A stretch of 64,000 bases of DNA from an uncultured Hyphomicrobiaceae bacterium (GCA_964461525.1 CAYWUX010000001.1:4889-68888), one strand, 5' to 3'; positions 1 through 10,260 are shown, numbered from the stretch's first letter. Numbers and translations are program-made. Notes: a model not told the origin generated them from the letters alone.

Positions 1-134
1 CAGATTCGTGCGATTAAAATGGGAACCGTGGTCCCAATAGGCGACACAATAAAAACAATGGGCGGTAAAACGAGAACTGATATTAATAGCAGGAAATGCA
101 GACCACCAAAGAAATTCGATTTTTGTGTTCTCAT
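1..134 (-). CDS. N-terminal fragment of a membrane protein (runs off left edge)
   Basis: ATG at 134 on the minus strand opens a frame that reaches position 1: MRTQKSNFFGGLHFLLLISVLVLPPIVFIVSPIGTTVPILIARI. It is hydrophobic and TM-like. It is absent from the ORF track because it is incomplete. Function not assignable. Confidence 0.3.
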   Translation of the reverse strand, partial: MRTQKSNFFGGLHFLLLISVLVLPPIVFIVSPIGTTVPILIARI

Positions 135-231
135 TCCTTATGACCCCGATCCTTATGTCCCCGATCGGCTTTTTTAGGCACGTTCTTCACATATTTCTGA
201 CCGGAAGGATAATAAATGCAATTTAGAAATA

Positions 232-2250
232 TCACCTTAAATTTTGAACTGGAAAGTTTACGACACGATCTTCCACATCATTTTCTGAATCATCAAATCT
301 ATTGGAATATTTCCGATACCCCTCCACATTTTTTTCCAGCAGACGCTCGATTTCAATTAAATTATGGTCAGCACAGGCCCGGGACAACTGGCTCAGCTCA
401 CTCTTGAGGTCTTTGTAAGGCAGAAAGGGTTCGATATTTTTTAATATGCGGGGATGAGCGGTTCCTACAGCATTATCGCTTATCAGCAACTCCTCTTTTA
501 TTTTTTCTCCGGGACGAAGACCGGAATATTCGATCGCAATATCGCCGTCAGGATTTTCATCATCAATGACCTGCAGACCGGATAATTCGATCATAGTGCG
601 GGCAAGCAAGGATATTTTTACAGGCTCTCCCATATCCAGAACATAGACACCACCATTTTCGGCCAGAGTAGCTGCCTGTATGACCAGCTGAACAGCCTCC
701 GCGATTGACATGAAATACCTTTCCATATCCCGGTGGGTGATTGTAACCGGGCCTCCTTCACTGATCTGTTTACGGAATTTCGGAACGACTGAACCTGACG
801 AGTCGAGGACATTACCGAAACGGACCATTGCAAATGTCGTCTTTCCGAAATTTCTGTCTTCATCTCCTTTCTTATTGGCCATTGCCTGCAGTATCAGTTC
901 GGCCAATCTCTTGCTCGCCCCCATCACATTTGTAGGCCTGACGGCTTTATCACTTGAAATCAGAATTAATTTCTCAATACCATTGCGGCAGGCGCTTTCG
1001 GCAATGACTTTGGTGCCAAAAGTATTGTTGATAATACCGGTGACCTGATTATCCTCGACAATCGGAACGTGCTTGTAGGCAGCAGCATGATATATGGTCT
1101 GAACACCATATTCCTTCAGTATACGTTCAATCAGTTTCTGATCCAGCACTGATCCCAACACAGAGTGAACATCCGGATTACGTCTTATTTCCGATGCCCC
1201 ACTATCTCGTTCCGCTTTTTCAGAAATTTCACTGCTGATCTCGTAAAGAGCCGCCTCAGACTGATCCAACAGAACAAGAATTTGTGGCCCGAGTTCATAA
1301 ATCTGACGCACAAGTTCTGCTCCAATCGATCCTCCTGCGCCGGTTACAAGCACAGACCGGCCGGTGACGCTGTGGGACAATAGCTCTTCCTGAGCCTTGA
1401 CCGGATCCCGCCCCAGCAGATCCTCAACATCGATTGGACGGAGATCCGAAAACTGTATTCGTCCCGATGCCAGATCTTCCAGAGCAGGAAGCGTTTTTAC
1501 CGCCACCTTATAATGTTTCAAAGAGTTAAAAATCTTACGAGCACTGCTTCGTTTTAAAGAAGGAATTGCCAGAAAAATTTCTTTGACACTTTCGCGCTTT
1601 ATAACATCCGCCAATTGATGAGGCGGGTAGACTTTCAGTCCGTCGATCCTCTGGCGCCACAACTCCTTATTATCGTCAATAAATCCGACATTTCGATAGT
1701 TGGAATTTCCAGCCAGGGCGTGAGAGAGCTGATTTCCCGCATTGCCCGATCCATAAATTAATACATTTGTTTCCGATGCCTTATCCATCTCGTCACTGTA
1801 AAATTCCGACCGGCTTAATAACCCGCTCGCGATATTCCGGCTTGAGACGATGAGATAGCCGGATAACAGTCCAAACATAACAAGTATTGACAGTGGAAAT
1901 TCCCGCGTGCCTGAAGCATAGACCCCGGCGGCCAATGCTAAAATCGCAAAAAATGTCCCCATCAAAATGCGATAAGATCCGAACTGACTGAAAAACCGTG
2001 TAACTTGTTTGTAGGATCCGAAATAATGATAGGCAAAGGCACCGAGAATTGGCGCGGCGATAAATGTCCACCCGCCTGACCATTCACTGGGCAACAGCAT
2101 GCTGCCCCGTTGGACGGAAACGCTAATCCACAGGGCAACAGCCAATAAGATCAAATCATTGAATACCAGCAAAAGGCGTTTCTGCCAGCGCGGCAGAGCA
2201 AGTAGCCATGGTCTCAATTGAGACAGCCGTAACTGAAGCGTTTTAGTCAC
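232..2250 (-). CDS. membrane-bound nucleotide-sugar 4,6-dehydratase/epimerase, CapD/WbpM/PglF family
   Basis: 672 aa. The N-terminal part has about 4 TM helices. Two Rossmann regions are present (IYGSGNAGNQL and VLVTGAGGSIGAELVRQI). The layout is typical of polysaccharide biosynthesis protein CapD. Confidence 0.9.
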   Translation of the reverse strand: MTKTLQLRLSQLRPWLLALPRWQKRLLLVFNDLILLAVALWISVSVQRGSMLLPSEWSGGWTFIAAPILGAFAYHYFGSYKQVTRFFSQFGSYRILMGTFFAILALAAGVYASGTREFPLSILVMFGLLSGYLIVSSRNIASGLLSRSEFYSDEMDKASETNVLIYGSGNAGNQLSHALAGNSNYRNVGFIDDNKELWRQRIDGLKVYPPHQLADVIKRESVKEIFLAIPSLKRSSARKIFNSLKHYKVAVKTLPALEDLASGRIQFSDLRPIDVEDLLGRDPVKAQEELLSHSVTGRSVLVTGAGGSIGAELVRQIYELGPQILVLLDQSEAALYEISSEISEKAERDSGASEIRRNPDVHSVLGSVLDQKLIERILKEYGVQTIYHAAAYKHVPIVEDNQVTGIINNTFGTKVIAESACRNGIEKLILISSDKAVRPTNVMGASKRLAELILQAMANKKGDEDRNFGKTTFAMVRFGNVLDSSGSVVPKFRKQISEGGPVTITHRDMERYFMSIAEAVQLVIQAATLAENGGVYVLDMGEPVKISLLARTMIELSGLQVIDDENPDGDIAIEYSGLRPGEKIKEELLISDNAVGTAHPRILKNIEPFLPYKDLKSELSQLSRACADHNLIEIERLLEKNVEGYRKYSNRFDDSENDVEDRVVNFPVQNLR

Positions 2251-2505
2251 CGGTCCCCCAACAGGCTTTCAGAAGCAGATAAGCCCTAACCCAAAGACGG
2301 GCCTTTGATGATCAAATTGAATTCGGCACTTTTTGAAATTTAGATTTACGAAACACTTATTTATGATTTTAAAGTTGAATCATGGAGTACACAATAACAT
2401 TGTATGGACAGATACGTCATATCCACTAATCTTGCAAATTCAAATCGGCTATCGATTTAGGTCAGGATTTGTATATTTCTGCTCCCAAGTTATTGGAATT
2501 TTGTA

Positions 2506-2931
2506 ATGTCTACAGAACATTTTACGCATACTGACATAGAGATGGGTTCAGATCGCGGCTTTGGACTGGTTTTTGCGGCAATATTCTTATTGATCGCATT
2601 ATGGCCATTGTTTTTGGGCAATTCTTTAACCATTTCCCGTTTTGCGTTTCTAATTGTTGCAATCGGTTTCGGCCTTATTTCACTTGTCCATCCGAAAGCG
2701 CTTCATCCACTTAATGTTCTCTGGTTTAAGTTCGGGATATTGTTGGGAAAAATTGTGACGCCAATAGTGATGATGTTGCTATTTGTCACAGCTTTTACGC
2801 CCGTATCTCTGATAATGCGCGCGCTCGGAAAAGACAATATGAAACTCAAATTCGACACATCTGAAAAAAGTTATTGGATACCTCGAATTGAGACAGGAAC
2901 GACTCAATCCTCAATGAAAAATCAGTTTTGA
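2506..2931 (+). CDS. SxtJ-like small integral membrane protein
   Basis: 141 aa with 3-4 hydrophobic helices. It lies directly upstream of a DUF5989-like peptide and a carbamoyltransferase, the same order as the sxtJ/K/I-type trio. The family call rests on recollection plus context. Confidence 0.65.
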   Translation: MSTEHFTHTDIEMGSDRGFGLVFAAIFLLIALWPLFLGNSLTISRFAFLIVAIGFGLISLVHPKALHPLNVLWFKFGILLGKIVTPIVMMLLFVTAFTPVSLIMRALGKDNMKLKFDTSEKSYWIPRIETGTTQSSMKNQF

Positions 2932-2943
2932 ATACAAGGAGTT

Positions 2944-3096
2944 ATGATGTCTTTTATTGCGGAACTTTGGCAATTTTTAAAAATTCGAAAAAAATATTGG
3001 TTACTGCCTATTATTTTAATGTCGGTTTTGTTTGGTGGACTGATCGTATTAACCCAGGGATCGGCGGTAGCTCCCTTCATCTATACGTTGTTTTGA
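2944..3096 (+). CDS. DUF5989-family (SxtK-like) 50-aa single-TM peptide
   Basis: Translated by hand because it is under 60 aa and not in the track: MMSFIAELWQFLKIRKKYWLLPIILMSVLFGGLIVLTQGSAVAPFIYTLF*. The C-terminal LTQGSAVAPFIYTLF matches the family signature as I remember it. It starts 12 nt after the previous stop and ends 3 nt before the next start. Confidence 0.7.
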   Translation: MMSFIAELWQFLKIRKKYWLLPIILMSVLFGGLIVLTQGSAVAPFIYTLF

Positions 3097-3099
3097 TCC

Positions 3100-4935
3100 T
3101 TGACTAGAATTCTTGGCATATCTGCATTCTATCACGACAGCGCGGCGGCCCTGATCCACGATGGTGACATCATAGCCGCAGCCCAGGAAGAACGGTTTAC
3201 ACGAAAGAAGCATGATAACTCCTATCCTCGAAACGCCATCTCTTTTTGTCTGGATGAAGCCGGCTGTATGGTATGCGATATCGATTATGTGGTCTTCTAT
3301 GAAAAACCGTTCCTAAAATTTGAACGACTTGTGGAGACATATGCAACATTTGCACCCAAGGGCTTCCAGTCCTTCAGAGTCGCAATGCCCATTTGGATAA
3401 AGGAGAAACTCTTTCAAAAAAAAATGCTCCTAAATGAACTTGCGAGCCATGAAGGTGGCTTCGAGAATCCGGAGAAACTGCTCTTTTCCGAGCATCATCT
3501 GAGTCATGCAGCGAGCGCATTTTATCCCTCTCCATTTGAACGGGCGGTCGTCCTCACTCTGGATGGTGTGGGTGAATGGGCGACGACGACGATATCCATT
3601 GGCCAGGGCAACGATCTTAAAATAAAAAAGGAAATTTATTTTCCCCATTCCCTTGGCTTGCTCTATTCCGCATTCACATACTATATCGGTTTCCGGGTAA
3701 ATTCGGGTGAATACAAAGTTATGGGGTTAGCACCCTACGGGACTCCCCGATTCAAGGATCTGATTCTGGACAATCTAATCGATCTTAAGGCAGATGGTAC
3801 ATTCCGCATGGACATGTCCTATTTCAACTACTGCACGGGTCTTACCATGACCAGTAAAAAATTCTCCGATCTGTTCGGGGAGCCCGTGCGTCAACCTGAT
3901 ACGGATCCTCTGACAGACTTTCATATGGATGTAGCAGCTTCCATACAAGCCGTTACGGAAGAAGTCGTGCTGAGACTTACCCGCAGCATTCGCAGTGAAT
4001 TCGGAATACCAAATCTTTGTCTCGCCGGCGGTGTGGCGTTGAACTGTGTGGCGAATGGCAGAATTCTACGTGAAAGTGGCTTCGATAATATCTGGATACA
4101 ACCCGCGGCCGGTGATGCAGGGGGTGCGCTTGGGGCGGCCTATCTTGCCTGGCACCATGAACTGAATAATCCGCGTCAACCAGCCAGCAAAGATGCCATG
4201 AAAGGATCCTTTCTCGGACCGGATTTTGAACAGTCCAGTATAGAGGAACGCCTGAGAACCACAGGTGCCGTGTTCGACGTGCTAACTGAAGAAGAAATTA
4301 CCGGACGTACCGCGGAAGTCCTGTCCGAGGGTTGCGCGGTCGGTTGGTTCAACGGTCGTATGGAATTCGGACCCAGAGCCCTGGGCGCCAGGTCCATTCT
4401 CGGCGATCCCAGATCTCCCGCGATGCAGAAACTTCTGAATCTCAAAGTCAAATACAGGGAATCGTTCAGACCTTTTGCGCCGTCGGTCATTCGCGAGGAC
4501 GTCAGTGACTGGTTCGATTTGGACCGGGACAGCCCGTACATGCTGATTGTCGCTCAGGTCCGGAAAGATCGCCAGCTGAAGATGACTGCAGAGCAGAATA
4601 GACTGTTTGGGATCGACAAGCTGAACGTACCACGATCTCAAATTCCGTCGGTTACCCATGTCGATTATTCGGCTCGTATTCAAACGGTTCATCGAGAAAC
4701 GAACCCCCGTTATCATGACCTCATCACCGCATTCAAAGAGCGGACCAATTGCCCGGTTGTCGTTAATACAAGCTTCAATATCAGGGGCGAGCCCATCGTC
4801 TGCACGCCCGAGGATGCATTTCGCTGTTTTATGGGAACGGATATCGAGTATCTGGTCGTCGGGCAGTGTTTTCTCGCCAAAGATATGCAAACCGTTGAAG
4901 CGCGCGACTACAAAGAGGAATTCGAACTCGACTGA
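3100..4935 (+). CDS. carbamoyltransferase, NodU/CmcH family
   Basis: 611 aa with a TTG start. The N-terminus is ILGISAFYHDSAAALIHDGDIIAAAQEERFTRKKHD and the C-terminal region has VVNTSFNIRGEPIVCTPEDA. Both are hallmark regions of NodU/CmcH O-carbamoyltransferases. Confidence 0.92.
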   Translation: MTRILGISAFYHDSAAALIHDGDIIAAAQEERFTRKKHDNSYPRNAISFCLDEAGCMVCDIDYVVFYEKPFLKFERLVETYATFAPKGFQSFRVAMPIWIKEKLFQKKMLLNELASHEGGFENPEKLLFSEHHLSHAASAFYPSPFERAVVLTLDGVGEWATTTISIGQGNDLKIKKEIYFPHSLGLLYSAFTYYIGFRVNSGEYKVMGLAPYGTPRFKDLILDNLIDLKADGTFRMDMSYFNYCTGLTMTSKKFSDLFGEPVRQPDTDPLTDFHMDVAASIQAVTEEVVLRLTRSIRSEFGIPNLCLAGGVALNCVANGRILRESGFDNIWIQPAAGDAGGALGAAYLAWHHELNNPRQPASKDAMKGSFLGPDFEQSSIEERLRTTGAVFDVLTEEEITGRTAEVLSEGCAVGWFNGRMEFGPRALGARSILGDPRSPAMQKLLNLKVKYRESFRPFAPSVIREDVSDWFDLDRDSPYMLIVAQVRKDRQLKMTAEQNRLFGIDKLNVPRSQIPSVTHVDYSARIQTVHRETNPRYHDLITAFKERTNCPVVVNTSFNIRGEPIVCTPEDAFRCFMGTDIEYLVVGQCFLAKDMQTVEARDYKEEFELD

Positions 4936-5212
4936 CAAATTGCCCGCATGGTGGCCAACCAACCTATCCTATTGATATGAAATATATTTTCGATTTTCAT
5001 CATGTTGTGCCGCAATTAATTTTTTAAAGTGATTCCCTATCTGCGGACTTGAATGTAAGGTTCCGGCCGTTCAAATAAACAAAATATTTTGATGCTCTGC
5101 TCCTTGCGGCCAATCTATATCGAACCAATATATATCGCTATGGTATAAGCTGAATAAACGATATTTTGCAGGGCGACAAACCAGGAACATCCGGAAACAT
5201 AAGGGCGGCAGG

Positions 5213-5764
5213 ATGAATACGCGCACACTCTGTCTCGGAATTCTTTTTTTTGAAGACATGACCGGCTACGAGATCAATAAACTCGCGGCCGAAGGTCGGT
5301 TTAATCATTTCATCGAGACGAGCTATGGAGCTATTTATCCAACTCTCAATAAGCTGACCGAGGAGGGGCTTGTGTCATTGCGGCAGGAAGCAAACGATGG
5401 CAAACCCACCCGAAAAATCTACGCTCTCACAGAAACCGGCCGCGATACACTTTTTTCAGCCCTCCAGGAGGAACCCAAAGCCGACATCTTTAAGTCCGAA
5501 TTCTTATTTATCTGCCTCTACAGCCATTATTTGAACAGCGGGTACGTGAACACTGTCTTGAACAAGCAGCTAACCCGCCTCAATGAAGGCTTGAATCGCC
5601 TCGGTTCTGCTTTCGAAAAATGTGAACATAAAGGCAGTAAATTTGCAATTGGATATGGCGTGGCCCTGCACCGGGCAGCCATCAATTATATCAATTCACA
5701 TCGTCATCTGCTGGACGACGAAAATGAAGCTCTGCACGATAATGCAGCTGAAGCCGCCGAATAA
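5213..5764 (+). CDS. PadR family transcriptional regulator
   Basis: 183 aa. The N-terminal winged helix LCLGILFFEDMTGYEINK...YGAIYPTLNKLTEEGLV is typical of PadR. Confidence 0.85.
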   Translation: MNTRTLCLGILFFEDMTGYEINKLAAEGRFNHFIETSYGAIYPTLNKLTEEGLVSLRQEANDGKPTRKIYALTETGRDTLFSALQEEPKADIFKSEFLFICLYSHYLNSGYVNTVLNKQLTRLNEGLNRLGSAFEKCEHKGSKFAIGYGVALHRAAINYINSHRHLLDDENEALHDNAAEAAE

Positions 5765-5804
5765 TTCGACATACGACGACCCATAAATACGACGAAGCAG
5801 CACA

Positions 5805-7001
5805 ATGTCCGACCATAAAAAAATAAATACAGCTGTCAGGAAGCGATGGTTAAAGCCCTCTTATGTTTGGGCAGCGCTCTTTACTATTCTCATAGTAGGC
5901 TGGTTTCTATCGGGTGATCATCTGCTCGGAAAGCTAGCCCCCAAAACCTTTTCTCCCGGCCAAGACAGCCAGACTGACGCGGCAAATTCCTCCAGATCCT
6001 CAGGCGCAGGTACGGCTCACTCCAGTTCTGAAACAAAATTCCGGGTCAGAGTCCGTTCGATAGAGACCCAACCCCGGCACAACATTCTCAAACTTCGCGG
6101 TCGCACTGAAGCCATTGCCCGGGTTAATATCAAGGCTGAAACGGCAGGTGCAGTTGAAGATCTTCCCGCAGAAAAGGGCCAAAGAGTGAAGTCAGGAGAG
6201 GTCTTGTGCCAGCTTGAAATGGGCTCAAGAATGGCCGCTCTTGCACGTGCAAAAGCCCAGCTCAGTAAAGCCGCTGCCGAACTTGATGCTTCATCAAAGC
6301 TCGAGTCAAAAGGTCATGTAGGAACGTTGCGTGTCAAAGCGGATCAGGCAAATCATGACGCTGCCCGGGCTGAACTTGCTGCGGCTGAACTCGATCTCAA
6401 GCGCACCAGAATTGACGCAGCATTTTCTGGTGTCGTAGAGGATCAACCCGCCAAAGTCGGCGACTATCTGGGAATTGGCGATGTCTGCGCCACCTTGGTA
6501 TCCCTCGATCCAATACTGATTGTCGGATATGTCTCAGAGCGACATATCGCTTACCTGAAATCCGGTATGACTGCCAAAGCAAGACTCGTCACCGGGGAAA
6601 TTGTCGAGGGCCAGATTCGCTTCATATCAACTTCAGCACTATCATCAACGCGGACATTTCGCGTAGAGCTGGAGGTGCAAAATCCAGACGGAGAGCTCAG
6701 GGATGGCGTCACGGCCGATATCGAAATTCCATTAACTTCCACTCCTGCCCATCGTGTTTCTCCTGCTTTATTGAGCCTGAACGACAACGGTGAAATCGGA
6801 ATTAAAACTGTGACTGGAGATGATATCGTTCGTTTTGTAAAAATTGACATCTTGTCAGACAGTAACGACGGTATTTGGGTGGCAGGTTTGCCGAACCCAG
6901 CCAGAATAATCACGGTTGGCCAGGAGTACGTTATCGACGGGCAGCGCGTGGAAGCTGTCGAAGTTAACGAGATCACGAACGCGGGCCATCAGCTCAACTA
7001 A
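5805..7001 (+). CDS. efflux RND transporter periplasmic adaptor (MFP/HlyD family)
   Basis: 398 aa. It has an N-terminal anchor helix, an alanine-rich coiled-coil hairpin (AKAQLSKAAAELDAS...AARAELAAAELDLKRTRIDAAFSGVV) and a beta-barrel tail. An RND pump gene follows directly. Confidence 0.85.
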   Translation: MSDHKKINTAVRKRWLKPSYVWAALFTILIVGWFLSGDHLLGKLAPKTFSPGQDSQTDAANSSRSSGAGTAHSSSETKFRVRVRSIETQPRHNILKLRGRTEAIARVNIKAETAGAVEDLPAEKGQRVKSGEVLCQLEMGSRMAALARAKAQLSKAAAELDASSKLESKGHVGTLRVKADQANHDAARAELAAAELDLKRTRIDAAFSGVVEDQPAKVGDYLGIGDVCATLVSLDPILIVGYVSERHIAYLKSGMTAKARLVTGEIVEGQIRFISTSALSSTRTFRVELEVQNPDGELRDGVTADIEIPLTSTPAHRVSPALLSLNDNGEIGIKTVTGDDIVRFVKIDILSDSNDGIWVAGLPNPARIITVGQEYVIDGQRVEAVEVNEITNAGHQLN

Positions 7002-7026
7002 AAAAAGATGAAGGCGGGTTGCCATA

Positions 7027-10000
7027 ATGCAATGGCTTGAAACTGTAATATCACGACCAAAAACCGTTCTTACATTAATGGTGGTCATGATTCTGGCGGG
7101 TGTATTTGCTTACATTACCATACCTAAAGAGGCAAACCCGGACATTGATGTTCCGGTTTTTTATGTTTCGATCACTCATCAGGGCATCTCACCGGAAGAC
7201 GCTGAGCGGCTTCTTGTAAAACCAATGGAAACCTACTTGCGCGGTCTTGAAGGTTTAAAGGAACTCAATGCCATCGCCAGCGAAGGTCATGCCGGAATTA
7301 TTGCCGAGTTCAAAATTGATGTCGATCACGATGCTGCCGCTGCGGATTTGAGGGAAAAGGTCGATCAGGCCAAGAGCGAGTTGCCGGACGAAGCCGAGGA
7401 GCCGGTGGTCAACGAAATAAATATGAGCCTGTTTCCGGTTCTGGTCGTTTCTCTGTCCGGTAACGTTCCCGAGCGTACACTCTATAAGCATGCCCGCAGA
7501 CTCAAGGACCAGATCGAGGCACTACCAAGTGTGCTCGAAGCGCGACTTGCCGGCCACCGCGAAGAATTGCTGGAAATCATTATCGATCCGGTCAAACTCG
7601 AGTCCTACAATATTGGCCATGCTGAACTTCTAAATGCTGTTATCACCAATAACCGGCTGGTCGCTGCCGGGCAGCTTGATACCGGGAGGGGGCGTTTCAG
7701 CATCAAGGTACCCGGACTTTTTGAAACAGCACATGACGTTTACAGTCTCCCGATCAAAACGACGGAAGACAGTGTGGTCACGTTGTCAGATGTTTCGAAA
7801 ATCCACAGGACGTTCAAGGATGCGACGAATTACAGCAGATTCAACGGTAATCCCACCATTGCAATCCAGGTAATCAAACGAATAGGGGCAAATGTCGTTG
7901 AAAATAATCGCGAAGTCAGGAGGGTAACGGCCGAGTTTTCAAAGCAATGGCCGGATGCGATCGAAATCAACTACTCTCTTGATGAATCCAAGTTTATTTT
8001 CGAGGTGCTGGGCAGCCTCCAGTCCGCCATAATGACCGCGATTGCTCTGGTAATGATTATTGTGGTCGCGGCCCTCGGCATGCGTTCGGCTCTCATGGTC
8101 GGACTGGCGATTCCCACTTCATTTATGATTGGATTCCTGATCATCGACCTCATGGGAATGACAATCAACATGATGCTGATGTTCGGTATGGTGCTCACAG
8201 TCGGCATGCTTGTCGATGGCGCAATCGTCATTGTCGAATACGCAGATCGTAAAATGGCTGAAGGGCTGGACCGCAAAGGTTCCTACATTCTGGCGGCCAA
8301 AAGAATGTTCTGGCCCATCGCATCATCGACAGCCACGACCCTTGCAGCGTTCCTGCCCCTGTTGTTCTGGCCGGGTGTCTCAGGCGAGTTTATGAGCTAC
8401 CTGCCCATAACCGTGATTATTGTGCTGACTGCTTCATTGATTACCGCAATGATCTTTCTGCCCGTGATCGGAGGACTTTTCGGAAAGACTAGCGCCCAGC
8501 CCCACGAAGCAGAAACCGCAAAACAACTTTCAGGCACGACGCCTTTTGACTATGACCAGCTTACTGGACTATCCGGACACTATGTCCGGATTTTGAGGAC
8601 ACTCATCCACCACCCCATTAAGGTGCTCATTTTCTCGTTGCTGTTGGTTTCGGCAATTGTTTACAGCTTTACTAAATTCAATAACGGTGTAGAATTTTTT
8701 GTGGATACGGAGCCAGAGCAGGCTATTGTGTTCGTTTCTGCCCGGGGCAACCTATCCGCCAATGAGCAGCTCGCCCTGGTCAAAGAAGTCGAGGCGGAAC
8801 TGCTAATGGTCAAGGGCATCAAGGCCATCTTTGCGACGACCGGAAAGAGCAGTGGTGGACCCGAACTCGGCACCGGCGTTTCCGATGCCCCATCAGACCA
8901 GATCGGTCAATTCACGGTTGAACTTTCCGATTACAAAACCCGACGCAAAGGAGATGTCATTCTCGAGGAAATCCGCCACAGGACCGCAAGTCTGTCCGGT
9001 ATCAAGGTTGAAGTCCGCAAACGGGAAGATGGTCCCCCAACCAGCAAGGATGTACGCTTGCAGATCACCGGCGACAATTTCCAGACGGTTGAGGCTGTAA
9101 CCCGAAAAATTCACGATCACCTGTCCAATAATGTGTCCGATCTCAGGGACATAGAGGACTCCCGCCCCCTGCCGGGTATTGAATGGGTTCTCCAAGTTGA
9201 TCGCAAAGAGGCCGGTAGATTCGATGCTAATATTGCCTCTGTCGGATCCGTGATACAACTTGTTACCAATGGCATCCTGGTCGGTAAGTACCGCCCCGAT
9301 GACAGCGAGGATGAAATCGATATAAGAGTTCGTTTTCCCCGCGATGACCGCACTGTCAATCAACTTGATCAGTTGCGGGTTCGGACTAAATATGGTCAGG
9401 TCCCGATAGCCAATTTCGTTGAAAGGCAGGCCAAGCCGCGCGTAAGCACCATTCAGCGCATCGATGGCAAAATTGCTATGACTGTTAAGGCAAACACCGT
9501 GGCCGGAGTTCTCGGGGACACCAAAGTCCGGGAAATCAATGCCTGGCTCAAAACACAAACCTGGCCAGAAGGGATAGAATTAAAATTCCGCGGAGCGGAT
9601 GAGGAACAAAAAGAAAGTGGTGTCTTCCTGGCGAAAGCGATGGTTGCCGCCCTGTTTATAATGTTTCTTATCCTGGTCACCCAGTTCAACAGCTTCTATC
9701 AGGCCATCATCACTCTTTCATCCGTAGTCCTTTCCCTCGTAGGTGTACTTTTCGGAATGATTGTCACGGGACAAACCTTTTCCATCATAATGACTGGCAC
9801 GGGAGTTGTTGCACTCGCGGGTATCGTCGTGAACAATTCTATTGTCCTTATCGACACCTACAATCGTATGAAAAGCTTCGGCATAAACAAGCTCGATGCA
9901 ATTCTGAGAGCCTGTGCGCAACGTTTTCGACCAGTGTTTTTGACGACAATCACAACCATATTCGGCCTGTTGCCCATGGCGCTTCAAATTAATATGGATT

Positions 10001-10260
10001 TCTTAACCCGTAATATTCAGATAGGCTCCATAACTTCGATCTGGTGGGTTCAACTTTCGACCGCCATCATCTTCGGGCTCGGATTTTCGACACTGCTGAC
10101 ACTGGTACTGACCCCCGCTCTCTTAGCACTACCGACAACTTTTTCGCAGCAGTGGAGGAAACTGTTCGGACCTCATCCACACCGGACACCGGCATGGGAA
10201 AATAATATGAAACCGGTTAAGAAAACAAAGAGCGCGTCGCTGCAAGAAGCCGCGGAATAA
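7027..10260 (+). CDS. efflux RND transporter permease (AcrB/AcrD/AcrF superfamily)
   Basis: 1077 aa. The topology is 12 TM helices with two large periplasmic loops, and the N-terminus (RPKTVLTLMVVMILAGVFAYITIPKEANPDIDVP) is typical of RND pumps. Confidence 0.92.
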   Translation: MQWLETVISRPKTVLTLMVVMILAGVFAYITIPKEANPDIDVPVFYVSITHQGISPEDAERLLVKPMETYLRGLEGLKELNAIASEGHAGIIAEFKIDVDHDAAAADLREKVDQAKSELPDEAEEPVVNEINMSLFPVLVVSLSGNVPERTLYKHARRLKDQIEALPSVLEARLAGHREELLEIIIDPVKLESYNIGHAELLNAVITNNRLVAAGQLDTGRGRFSIKVPGLFETAHDVYSLPIKTTEDSVVTLSDVSKIHRTFKDATNYSRFNGNPTIAIQVIKRIGANVVENNREVRRVTAEFSKQWPDAIEINYSLDESKFIFEVLGSLQSAIMTAIALVMIIVVAALGMRSALMVGLAIPTSFMIGFLIIDLMGMTINMMLMFGMVLTVGMLVDGAIVIVEYADRKMAEGLDRKGSYILAAKRMFWPIASSTATTLAAFLPLLFWPGVSGEFMSYLPITVIIVLTASLITAMIFLPVIGGLFGKTSAQPHEAETAKQLSGTTPFDYDQLTGLSGHYVRILRTLIHHPIKVLIFSLLLVSAIVYSFTKFNNGVEFFVDTEPEQAIVFVSARGNLSANEQLALVKEVEAELLMVKGIKAIFATTGKSSGGPELGTGVSDAPSDQIGQFTVELSDYKTRRKGDVILEEIRHRTASLSGIKVEVRKREDGPPTSKDVRLQITGDNFQTVEAVTRKIHDHLSNNVSDLRDIEDSRPLPGIEWVLQVDRKEAGRFDANIASVGSVIQLVTNGILVGKYRPDDSEDEIDIRVRFPRDDRTVNQLDQLRVRTKYGQVPIANFVERQAKPRVSTIQRIDGKIAMTVKANTVAGVLGDTKVREINAWLKTQTWPEGIELKFRGADEEQKESGVFLAKAMVAALFIMFLILVTQFNSFYQAIITLSSVVLSLVGVLFGMIVTGQTFSIIMTGTGVVALAGIVVNNSIVLIDTYNRMKSFGINKLDAILRACAQRFRPVFLTTITTIFGLLPMALQINMDFLTRNIQIGSITSIWWVQLSTAIIFGLGFSTLLTLVLTPALLALPTTFSQQWRKLFGPHPHRTPAWENNMKPVKKTKSASLQEAAE

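Noticed and set aside
161-175. The ccgatcgg palindrome followed by a T-run, which looks like an intrinsic terminator downstream of the CapD-like gene.
   Set aside because: The T-run follows the hairpin only on the plus strand, whereas both flanking genes are on the minus strand. Read in their direction the hairpin is preceded, not followed, by the A/U tract. It also has only a 4-bp stem.
4282-4962. A 226-aa ORF antisense to the 3' end of the carbamoyltransferase gene. Similar long antisense ORFs occur at 8893..9558, 34406..35086, 36971..37612 and 45618..46148.
   Set aside because: Each lies entirely or almost entirely opposite a gene with strong family motifs. Their translations are low-complexity (Arg/Ser/Pro-rich) with no recognisable motifs. 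This is typical of shadow ORFs.
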